Shown: positions 33,509 through 41,836 of the stretch, piece by piece
Layout of the letters: every line of letters starts with the position of its first letter
Position numbering within the stretch: the first letter of the stretch is position 1
From: Candidatus Dojkabacteria bacterium
GTDB taxonomy: Archaea; Nanobdellota; Nanobdellia; Pacearchaeales; GW2011-AR1
Direction of reading: 5' to 3'
Assembly (NCBI GenBank): GCA_017610445.1
Contig: JAFCCB010000001.1
Coordinates: 1 to 48,246, forward strand
DNA length: 48,246 bases
The notes under the pieces: model-generated
The model's database searches: none
What the model was told of the DNA's origin: nothing
What the model saw: only the letters and a program-made list of their open reading frames with translations
Made by a program: the position numbers and the translations under genes

Positions 33509-33835
33509 TTATACTATGGTGACTTCTGCAGTTTCGTCAGAACTTTCACTTCCAGATAAATCCACTGTCTCCTCAATAGTTTCATCACCTTCTTCTAAAG
33601 GAAGATTTGCTCTGCTCACAAGCACAACATCCCCAACAGCTTTCACAAACTGATGTGGAATTATCACCCCTCTTGCACCTCCAAGAAAATTCCCCATTGA
33701 ATTAGCAACCCTAATTCTCCAAGAATCAATTTTATTTTCAATCAAATTAGCCTCTTCAATCTCCCCAAAATAATCTCCTGTATCTGTATAAACCTTTCTG
33801 CCAATTGTCTCACTTACTTTTTTTATTTTTAACAT
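33509..33835 (-). CDS. PRC-barrel domain protein (108 aa) with acidic tail
   Basis: VSETIGRKVYTDTGDYFGEIEEANLIENKIDSWRIRV...GARGVIIPHQFVKAVGDVVLV fits the PRC-barrel pattern. The first ATG is at 33835; the ORF-track start is a TTG. Confidence 0.6.
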   Translation of the reverse strand: MLKIKKVSETIGRKVYTDTGDYFGEIEEANLIENKIDSWRIRVANSMGNFLGGARGVIIPHQFVKAVGDVVLVSRANLPLEEGDETIEETVDLSGSESSDETAEVTIV

Positions 33836-33861
33836 ATATAACAAAATCAAATTTCATTTAA

Positions 33862-33886
33862 ATACTTTTCTGTAACAGAAAAGTAT
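33862..33886. promoter_or_regulatory. 25-bp perfect palindrome (12+1+12) abutting the TATA box of the PRC-barrel operon
   Basis: ATACTTTTCTGT A ACAGAAAAGTAT. The TATA-like ATTTAAAT (minus strand, about 33856-33864) lies 21-29 nt upstream of ATG 33835. Confidence 0.6.
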
Positions 33887-34108
33887 ACTTAAAGAATATC
33901 ATAATGTTATTAAAATTCAAGTTTTCATATTAATAACCCCAAAAATTAAAGATTCTTATATCCATGGTTTTTCAAAAACAAAGCTTGAGCTACCAAAATT
34001 TACCCTAATATTTTATAAAATTATTAAATATAAATATCTAATCAAAATATACCCTTGTTCTACTAAAGATTAAGTTTTTATTTAAGAGAATTAATAACAT
34101 AACATTAA

Positions 34109-34119
34109 CTTTATATAAA
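34109..34119 (+). promoter_or_regulatory. TATA box (near-leaderless geometry) for 34139-34762
   Basis: CTTTATATAAA lies 20-30 nt upstream of ATG 34139. Confidence 0.4.
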
Positions 34120-34138
34120 TAAAATTCTTAATTAAAAG

Positions 34139-34762
34139 ATGTTTAACAAAAAAGAAATTGCCTGGATAATCATCGCAGTTTTAATTGCAGGATTTATAAT
34201 TGAAATCTCACAGGAATTAAAACTTTCATTAATTGGATTTCTCTGGGCAGCAATAATAATTCTTACAAGTGTTTTCGCAAAAAAAATAAGCTCAGGTCTT
34301 TACAATATAAAAATAGAACACAAAATCTGGGAGTTCAAACAATTGTGGTGGACTAAAAGAGCTCATTTCAAAAAACCATTTCCAATAGGATTAATCCTTC
34401 CTTTCTTTCTTTCAATACTTTCATTAGGATTAATAAAACCATTTTCTCTTCTTCAATTTGACGCACAAAATCTTTCAAAAAAACGTGCATTAAAAAGAAC
34501 AGGTTCTAATAGATACACAGAAATAAATGAATCAGATATTGCATTCACATCTGCCTGGGGATTTTGGGCATTGATATTATTAGCAATAATTGCATCATTA
34601 CTCAAACAGCCAGAATTAATGAAATATTCAATTTATTATGGAATCTGGAATCTCGTTCCAATCAGCCAACTCGACGGTGCAAAACTTTTCTTCGGAAGTT
34701 TTATCAATTGGATAATTCTTGCAATAATTTATGCAGTTTCATTAATTATTATTTTGATTTAA
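34139..34762 (+). CDS. site-2 protease (M50)-like membrane protein lacking the HExxH motif
   Basis: C-terminal NLVPISQLDGAKLF motif and the overall small-M50 layout. The place where HExxH is expected reads TSVFAKKISS, and there is no HExxH anywhere in the protein. Confidence 0.4.
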   Translation: MFNKKEIAWIIIAVLIAGFIIEISQELKLSLIGFLWAAIIILTSVFAKKISSGLYNIKIEHKIWEFKQLWWTKRAHFKKPFPIGLILPFFLSILSLGLIKPFSLLQFDAQNLSKKRALKRTGSNRYTEINESDIAFTSAWGFWALILLAIIASLLKQPELMKYSIYYGIWNLVPISQLDGAKLFFGSFINWIILAIIYAVSLIIILI

Positions 34763-34826
34763 TCTTTCTTCATAACCTAAATCTTAATAAGATATTAATA
34801 AGTATAATATCAAAGGAGAATCAAAA

Positions 34827-36401
34827 ATGCCAAACAAAGTCCTCACAACCATAAAGCCAAGAAAATATCAACAGGAAATTTATGAAAACTGCAAAAATAA
34901 AAACTGCCTTGTAGTTCTTCCAACAGGAATAGGAAAAACTCTTATTGCTTTAATGCTCACAATCAACAGACAAAAAACTTGCCCAGGAACAAAATCCCTT
35001 TTCTTAGCTCCAACTCGCCCGTTAGCAGAACAGCATCTTGATTATTTTCAAAAATATTTGCCAGAATTATTTGCACAACTGACACTTTTCACAGGAAAAA
35101 TCCCTGCAAACAAAAGAAAACAATTATGGGAAACATCAGACATAATATTTTCAACACCCCAATGCATAAGTAATGATTTAAAAAACAATCTCTATAATCT
35201 AAATGAGGTAAACTTACTTATAGAAGATGAATGCCACAGATGCCTAAAGAACTATGCTTATACTTATGTTGCCCAGCAATATAAAGAACAGGCAGAAAAT
35301 CCAAGAATTTTAGGATTAACAGCAAGCCCTGGAACAGACAAAAAAACAATAAACCAAATAGCTGAAAATCTTGGTATTGAATCAATTGAATTAAGAACAA
35401 GAGAGTCTGATGATGTTAAAGAATATTTGCAGGATTTAGAATTCAAAGTAATCAAACTTGAATTTCCAGAAGAATTTAAAGAAATAACAAAACTAATTAA
35501 AAATTTATATGAAAAGAAAGTAAAAGAATTAAAAAATAGAAAACTCATTTTCAGACCTGCAAATAAAATCAGTCTTTTAGAAGTACAGGGAAGAATTATG
35601 AAGGCAATTTCATCAGGAAATAAAAATTTCAATTATTTTGCAGGAGCAAGTGCTTGTGCACAGGCAATAAAACTTTCTCATTTAATAGAACTTTTACAAA
35701 CCCAAACTCTGCACACTTCATTAGAATATATGAAATCAATTTTTGACCAAGCAAACAAAAACAAATCAAAAGCAGCAAAACAAATTGCAAAAAATCCTAA
35801 TTTTAATCAAGTTTATATAAAAACCCAAGAACTTATTGCAAAAAATATTGAACATCCAAAACTATTAGAACTAAAATCAATCATAGAAGATTTAATCAAA
35901 AAAAATCCTAAAAACAAAACTATTGTCTTTTCACAATACCGGGGCACTGTCTCAAAAATCTGTTATGAATTAAATCAAATCCTAAATATCAATGCAAAAG
36001 TTTTTGTTGGACAGGCAAAAAAAGCAGAAGGAGGCCTTTCTCAAAAACAACAGCAGGAAATTATGAATGAATTCCGGCAAGGAAAAACCAACATAATCTG
36101 CGCAACATCAATTGGAGAAGAAGGTTTAGATATCCCAGAAGTAAATTCTGTAGTCTTTTATGAACCAATCCCGTCTGCAATTCGTTCAATTCAGCGTCGG
36201 GGGCGAACCGCCCGTCTTATAAAAGGAAAACTAATAATTCTTCTAACAAAAGAAACCCTCGATGAAATTTTTTATTATGCATCCATAGCAAAAGAAAAAA
36301 GAATGTATCGTGCAATTGGCAGTATAAAAAGAGATTTAGATGATAGAAAGTCTCTAGAAATAAAGAAAAAAGAAAATCAACAAACCCTTTTCAAATCTTA
36401 A
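34827..36401 (+). CDS. hef: Hef/FANCM-type SF2 helicase (helicase half only)
   Basis: Motif I LPTGIGKT, motif II DECH, motif III LTASP, motif VI QRRGRTAR. SD-like AGGAG lies 8-12 nt upstream of the ATG. Confidence 0.8.
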   Translation: MPNKVLTTIKPRKYQQEIYENCKNKNCLVVLPTGIGKTLIALMLTINRQKTCPGTKSLFLAPTRPLAEQHLDYFQKYLPELFAQLTLFTGKIPANKRKQLWETSDIIFSTPQCISNDLKNNLYNLNEVNLLIEDECHRCLKNYAYTYVAQQYKEQAENPRILGLTASPGTDKKTINQIAENLGIESIELRTRESDDVKEYLQDLEFKVIKLEFPEEFKEITKLIKNLYEKKVKELKNRKLIFRPANKISLLEVQGRIMKAISSGNKNFNYFAGASACAQAIKLSHLIELLQTQTLHTSLEYMKSIFDQANKNKSKAAKQIAKNPNFNQVYIKTQELIAKNIEHPKLLELKSIIEDLIKKNPKNKTIVFSQYRGTVSKICYELNQILNINAKVFVGQAKKAEGGLSQKQQQEIMNEFRQGKTNIICATSIGEEGLDIPEVNSVVFYEPIPSAIRSIQRRGRTARLIKGKLIILLTKETLDEIFYYASIAKEKRMYRAIGSIKRDLDDRKSLEIKKKENQQTLFKS

Positions 36402-36550
36402 TTTCCTTTTCTCAAAAACTTTAAATATTAAACATTAACAATAATAATTAATGATATATAACATATTCAAAAACCTAAAAAAGAGCAGAAAACTTATTTT
36501 AAATTTATGGGGAAATTAGGAGAATAAAACCAAAACCCTTAAAAACTCAA

Positions 36551-36568
36551 ATGTATTAATTAATACAT
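36551..36568. promoter_or_regulatory. 18-bp perfect palindrome abutting the start codon of the RelE-like pair
   Basis: ATGTATTAATTAATACAT ends 2 nt before ATG 36570. A TATA-like TTAAAAA lies about 27-33 nt upstream of the ATG. Confidence 0.5.
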
Positions 36569-36569
36569 T

Positions 36570-36860
36570 ATGATACTAAAGACAAAAAACAAAAAACTCT
36601 TTGAGGCAAGTTCCCCAAGATTAAATACTGTCCTAATGACAGAAGAATTTATTGAGAAAAACAGCGGGAAATATACCCAGATAGAATTATTTAGAAATTT
36701 ACCTAAAAAAATGATGTGGAGAACATTTAAAATAATTCTCTATTACTTAGAAAACTTGCATAAAATTATCATAAATAAAGACGGAACAATTACTTGGATA
36801 TGGAATCCAGTTCTTATAGAAAAATACCTAAAAAATAAAAATTTAGATGTAAAAATTTAA
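36570..36860 (+). CDS. putative antitoxin/partner protein of the RelE-like toxin
   Basis: 96-aa ORF ending 1 nt before the toxin ATG. No motif recognised; the assignment rests on position only. Confidence 0.35.
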   Translation: MILKTKNKKLFEASSPRLNTVLMTEEFIEKNSGKYTQIELFRNLPKKMMWRTFKIILYYLENLHKIIINKDGTITWIWNPVLIEKYLKNKNLDVKI

Positions 36861-36861
36861 A

Positions 36862-37179
36862 ATGACTATTCTCAAATATGCTGATGAAAAAATAAAAAAA
36901 GATTTGGAAAAATTAAAACAAAGAGATCCCAACTTTTATGAACATATTTCAAATGCTTTAAGAAATATACAAGAAGACCCTGTTTGCGGAATTAAAATCT
37001 TACAAAAACTTATCCCAAAAGAATGGATTAAAAGATTTGGGATAAATAACCTCTACAAATATAATCTCCCAAATGGATGGAGATTATTTTACAGCCTAAT
37101 AGGTAATAAAATTGAAGTTATTGGAATTATTTTAAGATTTATGAATCACAAAGAATATGAAAGAATTTTTCATTACTAA
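36862..37179 (+). CDS. RelE/ParE-superfamily toxin-like protein
   Basis: DLEKLKQRDPNFYEHISNALRNIQEDP...LYKYNLPNGWRLFYSLIGNKIEVIGIILRFMNHKEYERIF fits the RelE/YoeB-type pattern. Confidence 0.55.
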   Translation: MTILKYADEKIKKDLEKLKQRDPNFYEHISNALRNIQEDPVCGIKILQKLIPKEWIKRFGINNLYKYNLPNGWRLFYSLIGNKIEVIGIILRFMNHKEYERIFHY

Positions 37180-37184
37180 TAATC

Positions 37185-37859
37185 ATGCCCTTCCTAAACC
37201 CATTCAAATCATCAAGAAAAACCAAATCAAAACCCCTTCCAACTATAATCGCAGATGTCCATGAAAAAAATTCTTTAGTAATTTCAGAATTAAAATCAAA
37301 CAATCAAATAAATACAGAAATAAAATCATTAAAAATAGGTGACTATCTTATTAACAAAACAATAATTGAAAGAAAAACCATAAATGATTTTATTTCTTCT
37401 ATGTTAAGTAAAAGATTAATTACTCAATTAAAAAATATGCAAAAATACCCTCAACAAATCCTAATAATCGAAGGAGATTTATCATCTGCATTATTTAAAA
37501 CAAAAACTAAACTAAATCCGAATGCAATAAGAGGATTTATTCTCTCAATAATAAATAATTATCAAATCCCGATAATCATGACTCAGAATTACAAAGACAC
37601 TGCACAATATCTCATAACCTTTGCAAAACAACAATTAAAAAAACCAATTCAACAATCTCTTCATTCAAGAATCCCAAAAACAATTCCAGAACAAAAACAA
37701 TATGTTTTAGAGGCATTTCCAAATATTGGTCCGGCCACAGCAAAAAAATTACTCAAAAAATTTAAAACATTAAGTAATGTTTTAAATGCAACAACAGAAG
37801 AATTAGCAGATGTTTTAAAAAATAAAGCTCTTGATTTTAAAAAGCTTTTAGATTTTTAA
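37185..37859 (+). CDS. XPF/Hef-type ERCC4 nuclease with C-terminal (HhH)2 (nuclease half)
   Basis: IIADVHEKNS...GDYLINKTIIERKTINDFISS (GDxn-ERK motif) and the HhH region FPNIGPATAKKLLKKFKTLSNVLNATTEEL. Confidence 0.8.
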   Translation: MPFLNPFKSSRKTKSKPLPTIIADVHEKNSLVISELKSNNQINTEIKSLKIGDYLINKTIIERKTINDFISSMLSKRLITQLKNMQKYPQQILIIEGDLSSALFKTKTKLNPNAIRGFILSIINNYQIPIIMTQNYKDTAQYLITFAKQQLKKPIQQSLHSRIPKTIPEQKQYVLEAFPNIGPATAKKLLKKFKTLSNVLNATTEELADVLKNKALDFKKLLDF

Positions 37860-37868
37860 GAACTAATT

Positions 37869-38099
37869 TTAACTTAAATATTTACTTATATTAAATCTAT
37901 AAGAACCCTCAGGAGGACATTGTTTAGGGGTATACACAAAAACATCAACTTTTGGAATTAAATCAAAAACTACTTTTTGTCTTTGATTTTCGGTACCTCC
38001 CTCAATAACAATACCACAAGTTCTTTTCTTAGAATAAAAATTATCAATAACAGAGGCAATTATTTTTTCAAGAACTTCTTGTTTTAATACATCATCCAT
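37869..38099 (-). CDS. hypothetical protein (76 aa)
   Basis: ORF only. Confidence 0.3.
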   Translation of the reverse strand: MDDVLKQEVLEKIIASVIDNFYSKKRTCGIVIEGGTENQRQKVVFDLIPKVDVFVYTPKQCPPEGSYRFNISKYLS

Positions 38100-38136
38100 T
38101 AAAATAACAAAAGACTATCTAGATATATAAATAAAA

Positions 38137-38688
38137 TTATAACGCAGAATACCCTTCCAAATCTTCATAAACAGGTCCTGTCTCAAATAATTCGCTTTTC
38201 TTTAAAAAAAATTTATCTACTTTAAATCCAATCTTAGGAACTTTAATCTTTTTAATATATTCTAAAAACCCTTGTCTGTCATAAACTTTTTTTATCCTCG
38301 CAATAGTAATATGACTCATAAATCTTTTTTCAGGTTCAAACAAACCAGCAAGTTTTTCATCAATCTGTTTTCGTAAATCTCTAACACCTTTGCCTAATAT
38401 CTCAATCCAGACTACACAAAAATAATTTTCATATTTGCTTGAAAAAACTCCAATATTCCCAAGACTTATTTCAAAATCATTAAACTTTATCTCCCTCAAT
38501 TTATTCTTAACCTCATTAACCTTCTCTTCATCAATCTCCCCTAAAAATTTCAAAGTCAAATGTAAATTTCCTGGTTCTGTAAACTTCCCATTAAATAAAT
38601 TTTTCTTCTTAATTAATCCCTGAATACTTTTAATTTCATCAATAACATCACAAGGCAAATCAAGAGCAATAAAACATCTCTTCATCAT
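38137..38688 (-). CDS. thpR: RNA 2',3'-cyclic phosphodiesterase / 2'-5' RNA ligase (2H family, LigT/ThpR)
   Basis: Two HxT motifs, HLTLKFLG and HITIARI, at the expected spacing. Confidence 0.8.
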   Translation of the reverse strand: MMKRCFIALDLPCDVIDEIKSIQGLIKKKNLFNGKFTEPGNLHLTLKFLGEIDEEKVNEVKNKLREIKFNDFEISLGNIGVFSSKYENYFCVVWIEILGKGVRDLRKQIDEKLAGLFEPEKRFMSHITIARIKKVYDRQGFLEYIKKIKVPKIGFKVDKFFLKKSELFETGPVYEDLEGYSAL

Positions 38689-39095
38689 TTTAAACTCCTA
38701 AAAAAAACATCTACTATTATCTGCATTATAAAAGCAAGGATAGTTAAAATAAATAAAATAAAGAAATTCCATTTAAGCTTAGAGACTAATATAGAATCTA
38801 ATAAAGTTTTGATTCTATCTCTATCTTCCCTGCTTAACTCCCTATTATTTAATTTTTCTCTCAATTGATTATTTATTATAATCTTTCTTCTTTTATCCTC
38901 AATATATAAACGATAACCATAAAAAAACAAGTAAGAGAAAATTGCAGTATACCAAGCAATGCTTGCAAATAAATAGTTTATTTTATTTAATAATAAAATC
39001 ATTCTGAATCCTAATGCCCCTATTAATCCTAAAACAAAAAATATTAAAGAGAAAAAATTACTTTTCTTTCCTGTAATACCCTGATAGTTTTCCAT
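38685..39095 (-). CDS. membrane protein (136 aa)
   Basis: Three predicted TM helices with a charged central helix. Overlaps thpR by 4 nt. Confidence 0.4.
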   Translation of the reverse strand: MENYQGITGKKSNFFSLIFFVLGLIGALGFRMILLLNKINYLFASIAWYTAIFSYLFFYGYRLYIEDKRRKIIINNQLREKLNNRELSREDRDRIKTLLDSILVSKLKWNFFILFILTILAFIMQIIVDVFFRSLK

Positions 39096-39182
39096 TTTTC
39101 ACACTAATTAAAATCAAAACTTATTTAAATAGCTTTTTCTTTCTATAAATACCAATCTAAAAATTAGAAAAAGGAGGTGAAA

Positions 39183-39542
39183 ATGGCAAAGAAAAATAAT
39201 TTAGGAACTGTTGGTAAATGGGCTTTTATTATAGGTTTATTATTGGCAGTAATTGCTGGTCTAATACAAGGATTTTATACCATCCCTTATTTAGCATTAA
39301 TTCTTGTTATACTTGGTTTAATAGTTGGTTTCTTAAACATAGCTGAAAAAGATACTGTTAAGCTATTAGTGGCAATTATTGCACTAATGGGAGTTGGAAC
39401 AGCAGCTGTTATGGTTATTGGAGACGTGATAACTTCAATTAATTCAATACTTATCTCTTTAGTTGAAAATATAGTTATGTTTGCAGGAGCAGCTGGTTTA
39501 GTTGTTGCAGTAAAAGCTATTTACGAAACAGGTAAAAGATAA
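39183..39542 (+). CDS. membrane protein (119 aa)
   Basis: MAKKNNLGTVGKWAFIIGLLLAVIAGLI... Strong SD AAGGAGG lies 6 nt upstream of ATG 39183; the ORF-track start is an upstream GTG. Confidence 0.5.
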   Translation: MAKKNNLGTVGKWAFIIGLLLAVIAGLIQGFYTIPYLALILVILGLIVGFLNIAEKDTVKLLVAIIALMGVGTAAVMVIGDVITSINSILISLVENIVMFAGAAGLVVAVKAIYETGKR

Positions 39543-39638
39543 ATTTCCTTTTCCTTAAAAAATTTTTATTTTTTTTATTTTTTCAAACAAAACATATTTA
39601 AACAAGTTTTTCTTGATATTAATAAGAAAGGAGGTAAA

Positions 39639-39797
39639 ATGGCAAAACTAACTGCATGGTTTGCAACTATAATAGCTATTTTATTGATATTGCCTTTAAT
39701 CAAGGTTGATATTGGTACAACATTAAATAGCTGGTTAATTGCATTATCAGTATTAGCAATTGGAATAGGCAAACTAATAAGAAATTACAAAAAATAA
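39639..39797 (+). CDS. small membrane protein (52 aa)
   Basis: MAKLTAWFATIIAILLILPLIKVDIGTTLNSWLIALSVLAIGIGKLIRNYKK, preceded by AAAGGAGGT 4-5 nt upstream. I prefer it to the antisense track ORF 39575-39772. Confidence 0.45.
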   Translation: MAKLTAWFATIIAILLILPLIKVDIGTTLNSWLIALSVLAIGIGKLIRNYKK

Positions 39798-39844
39798 TTT
39801 TTTAATTTTCTTTTTTATTATGCTATTTCAAAATTTCTGATTTT

Positions 39845-41044
39845 TTATTCAGGAACTAATGTAACAAAAGAATATCCTTTTAATAAAGATAATTCTCTAA
39901 CCTTTCCTAATTTAACTGAATTTATTCTATCCTCATATTTATAATAATTTTCTGCATTCCCTCCAATCTCTTCCTGTAACAGCTCAACCATTGTAGAATC
40001 ACATTTTTCCTTGCTTATCTGTTTCAGTCCAATCAATCTTTCTTTAGCCTCATTAAAATCACTTTTCTGTAAATCTTTCATTTTCTTAATTTCTTTTAAA
40101 ATAATCTTTTTAATCTCCTTAACTTTTTCTTTAACACTGCCTGCATAAATCATTTCATAAGCATAATCTTTAGATTGCTCTAAACTGCTTTTAATTGCAT
40201 AACACAACCCTCTTTTTTCTCTGACTTCCTGAAACAATCTGCTGCTCATCCCCCCACCTAAAATACTATCAAAAATTTCAATAGCATACCTGTTTTTATC
40301 AATTAATTTAGGAACATGAAAACCCAAAACCGAATGTGCTTGGTCAATCCCTTTTCTTTTTTCAATCACCTGCCCGTTCTTAAAAATAATCGGAATAAAA
40401 TTTATTTTTTTCCCAGTCCTTGGAAATTTCCTTGCTTCATCCAAAACATCACCCCAATCTGCATCGCCAACCACTGCAAAAATCATATTATTAGTGGAAT
40501 AAATTGAATTAAACAGATTAATAATTTTCTTTCTTGACAAACCAACAACAGTTTTCGCAGTCCCTGCAATTGACATATTAAAAGGTTTCTCATACAGCAT
40601 TTCTTTTATTTTTTCCAGCACATGGGTTGAAGGATTATCATGAAACATTTTAATCTCTTCTAAAACAACTTTTCTTTCTCTTTCCAAAGCTTTTGCTTCA
40701 AACAAAGGATTTAAAATTAAATCTCTGCTAATCTCTGCACCAAGAGAAAAATATTTGCTCGGAAGTTTATTCCAATAACCAGTAACCTCCTCTCCAGTAA
40801 ATGCATTGATAATCCCCCCCTTACTTTCAATTTCCCGAGGAATTTCAGCAACTGTTCTGTTTTTAGTTCCCTTAAAAACTAAATGTTCAATAAAATGAGA
40901 AACCCCTTTTATGCTCTCATTTTCATATTGAGCTCCAAATTTCACACTGCTAACAACAGACACAACCGGAATTTTCCTTTTTTCAAAAATAACAGTCAGC
41001 CCATTATCTAATTTTTTTCTATGAAATTCAGCTCCTTTTGCCAT
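39845..41044 (-). CDS. M16 (pitrilysin) family zinc peptidase
   Basis: HxxEH motif HFIEHLVFKGT plus the downstream E of the M16 signature. The first ATG is at 41044; the ORF-track start is a TTG. Confidence 0.8.
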   Translation of the reverse strand: MAKGAEFHRKKLDNGLTVIFEKRKIPVVSVVSSVKFGAQYENESIKGVSHFIEHLVFKGTKNRTVAEIPREIESKGGIINAFTGEEVTGYWNKLPSKYFSLGAEISRDLILNPLFEAKALERERKVVLEEIKMFHDNPSTHVLEKIKEMLYEKPFNMSIAGTAKTVVGLSRKKIINLFNSIYSTNNMIFAVVGDADWGDVLDEARKFPRTGKKINFIPIIFKNGQVIEKRKGIDQAHSVLGFHVPKLIDKNRYAIEIFDSILGGGMSSRLFQEVREKRGLCYAIKSSLEQSKDYAYEMIYAGSVKEKVKEIKKIILKEIKKMKDLQKSDFNEAKERLIGLKQISKEKCDSTMVELLQEEIGGNAENYYKYEDRINSVKLGKVRELSLLKGYSFVTLVPE

Positions 41045-41174
41045 TTTATTAATATTTTTTAATAATCTTCCAAACAAAGATTGTTATGAATAATTAAATC
41101 CCTCTCATAACTCTTGTTTTGATAAGATATCAATTAATTATCACTATGAAGAAAAATTGCTTAATAAAGTTATC

Positions 41175-41579
41175 TTAAAACATTATTTCAATAATTTCTT
41201 TTGTAGATAAAACTTTAATCTTCTCTTGATTTTTTAAAATTCTATCATTACTCCACAAAAAACAAGAATGCTTAAAACATAATGCAAAAAATTCAGAATC
41301 ATTTTTATCAGGAGAAATCTTAATAGATTTTTTAATAAAATTATCATAACTTTTCTTTTTTACAAAATCAATTAATAATTTTAATTTTTTAAGTTCATTA
41401 ATAAAATTAATTCCAGAAATTCCAGTTTTTTTAATAATCTCATTTTTATAATTTTTAATTTCCTTTAAAGCAATTTCAGGAGACATTAATTCTAAATTAG
41501 TAGTAATTAAAAGTTTTTTAGTTAAAGAATTTTCCCAGAAAAAACTAAACAAAATATTTGTGTCAACAACACATTTCAT
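41175..41579 (-). CDS. PIN-domain protein (VapC-like toxin)
   Basis: MKCVVDTNILFSFF starts with the first acidic PIN residue. Overlaps the upstream small gene by 4 nt. Confidence 0.55.
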   Translation of the reverse strand: MKCVVDTNILFSFFWENSLTKKLLITTNLELMSPEIALKEIKNYKNEIIKKTGISGINFINELKKLKLLIDFVKKKSYDNFIKKSIKISPDKNDSEFFALCFKHSCFLWSNDRILKNQEKIKVLSTKEIIEIMF

Positions 41580-41806
41580 CTTTTACTTTTTCTCCCCTCT
41601 CTAATCATTCGAACAGCCCAATCATTAAATTCATTTTCATTTTCTAATTGCAAAAGTAATCTTTTTTTTAATTCAAGTTGTTTTGCTTTTTCACTTATTG
41701 TTTTTCTAACTAATCCAGACCAATTAATCTCTGGAAATTGATTCATTAAATCTTTTATTTGTTCTGGAATTGAAAGAGTTATGCTTACCATTTTGTGTAA
41801 AAACAT
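41576..41806 (-). CDS. putative antitoxin (ribbon-helix-helix-like)
   Basis: MVSITLSIPEQIKDLMNQ... is a beta-strand-first RHH-like N-terminus. Alternative ATG at 41791. Confidence 0.45.
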   Translation of the reverse strand: MFLHKMVSITLSIPEQIKDLMNQFPEINWSGLVRKTISEKAKQLELKKRLLLQLENENEFNDWAVRMIREGRKSKR

Positions 41807-41815
41807 AATTACGTT

Positions 41816-41833
41816 GAAATATTTAAATGTTTC
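41816..41833. promoter_or_regulatory. near-palindrome over the TATA region of the PIN/RHH pair
   Basis: GAAATATTTAAATGTTTC (17 of 18 positions palindromic) lies 10-27 nt upstream of ATG 41806. Confidence 0.35.
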
Positions 41834-41836
41834 GGT

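Noticed and set aside
39575-39772. A 65-aa minus-strand ORF from the track.
   Set aside because: A plus-strand 52-aa membrane ORF (39639-39797) with a strong AAAGGAGGT ribosome-binding site occupies the same DNA and is more plausible.
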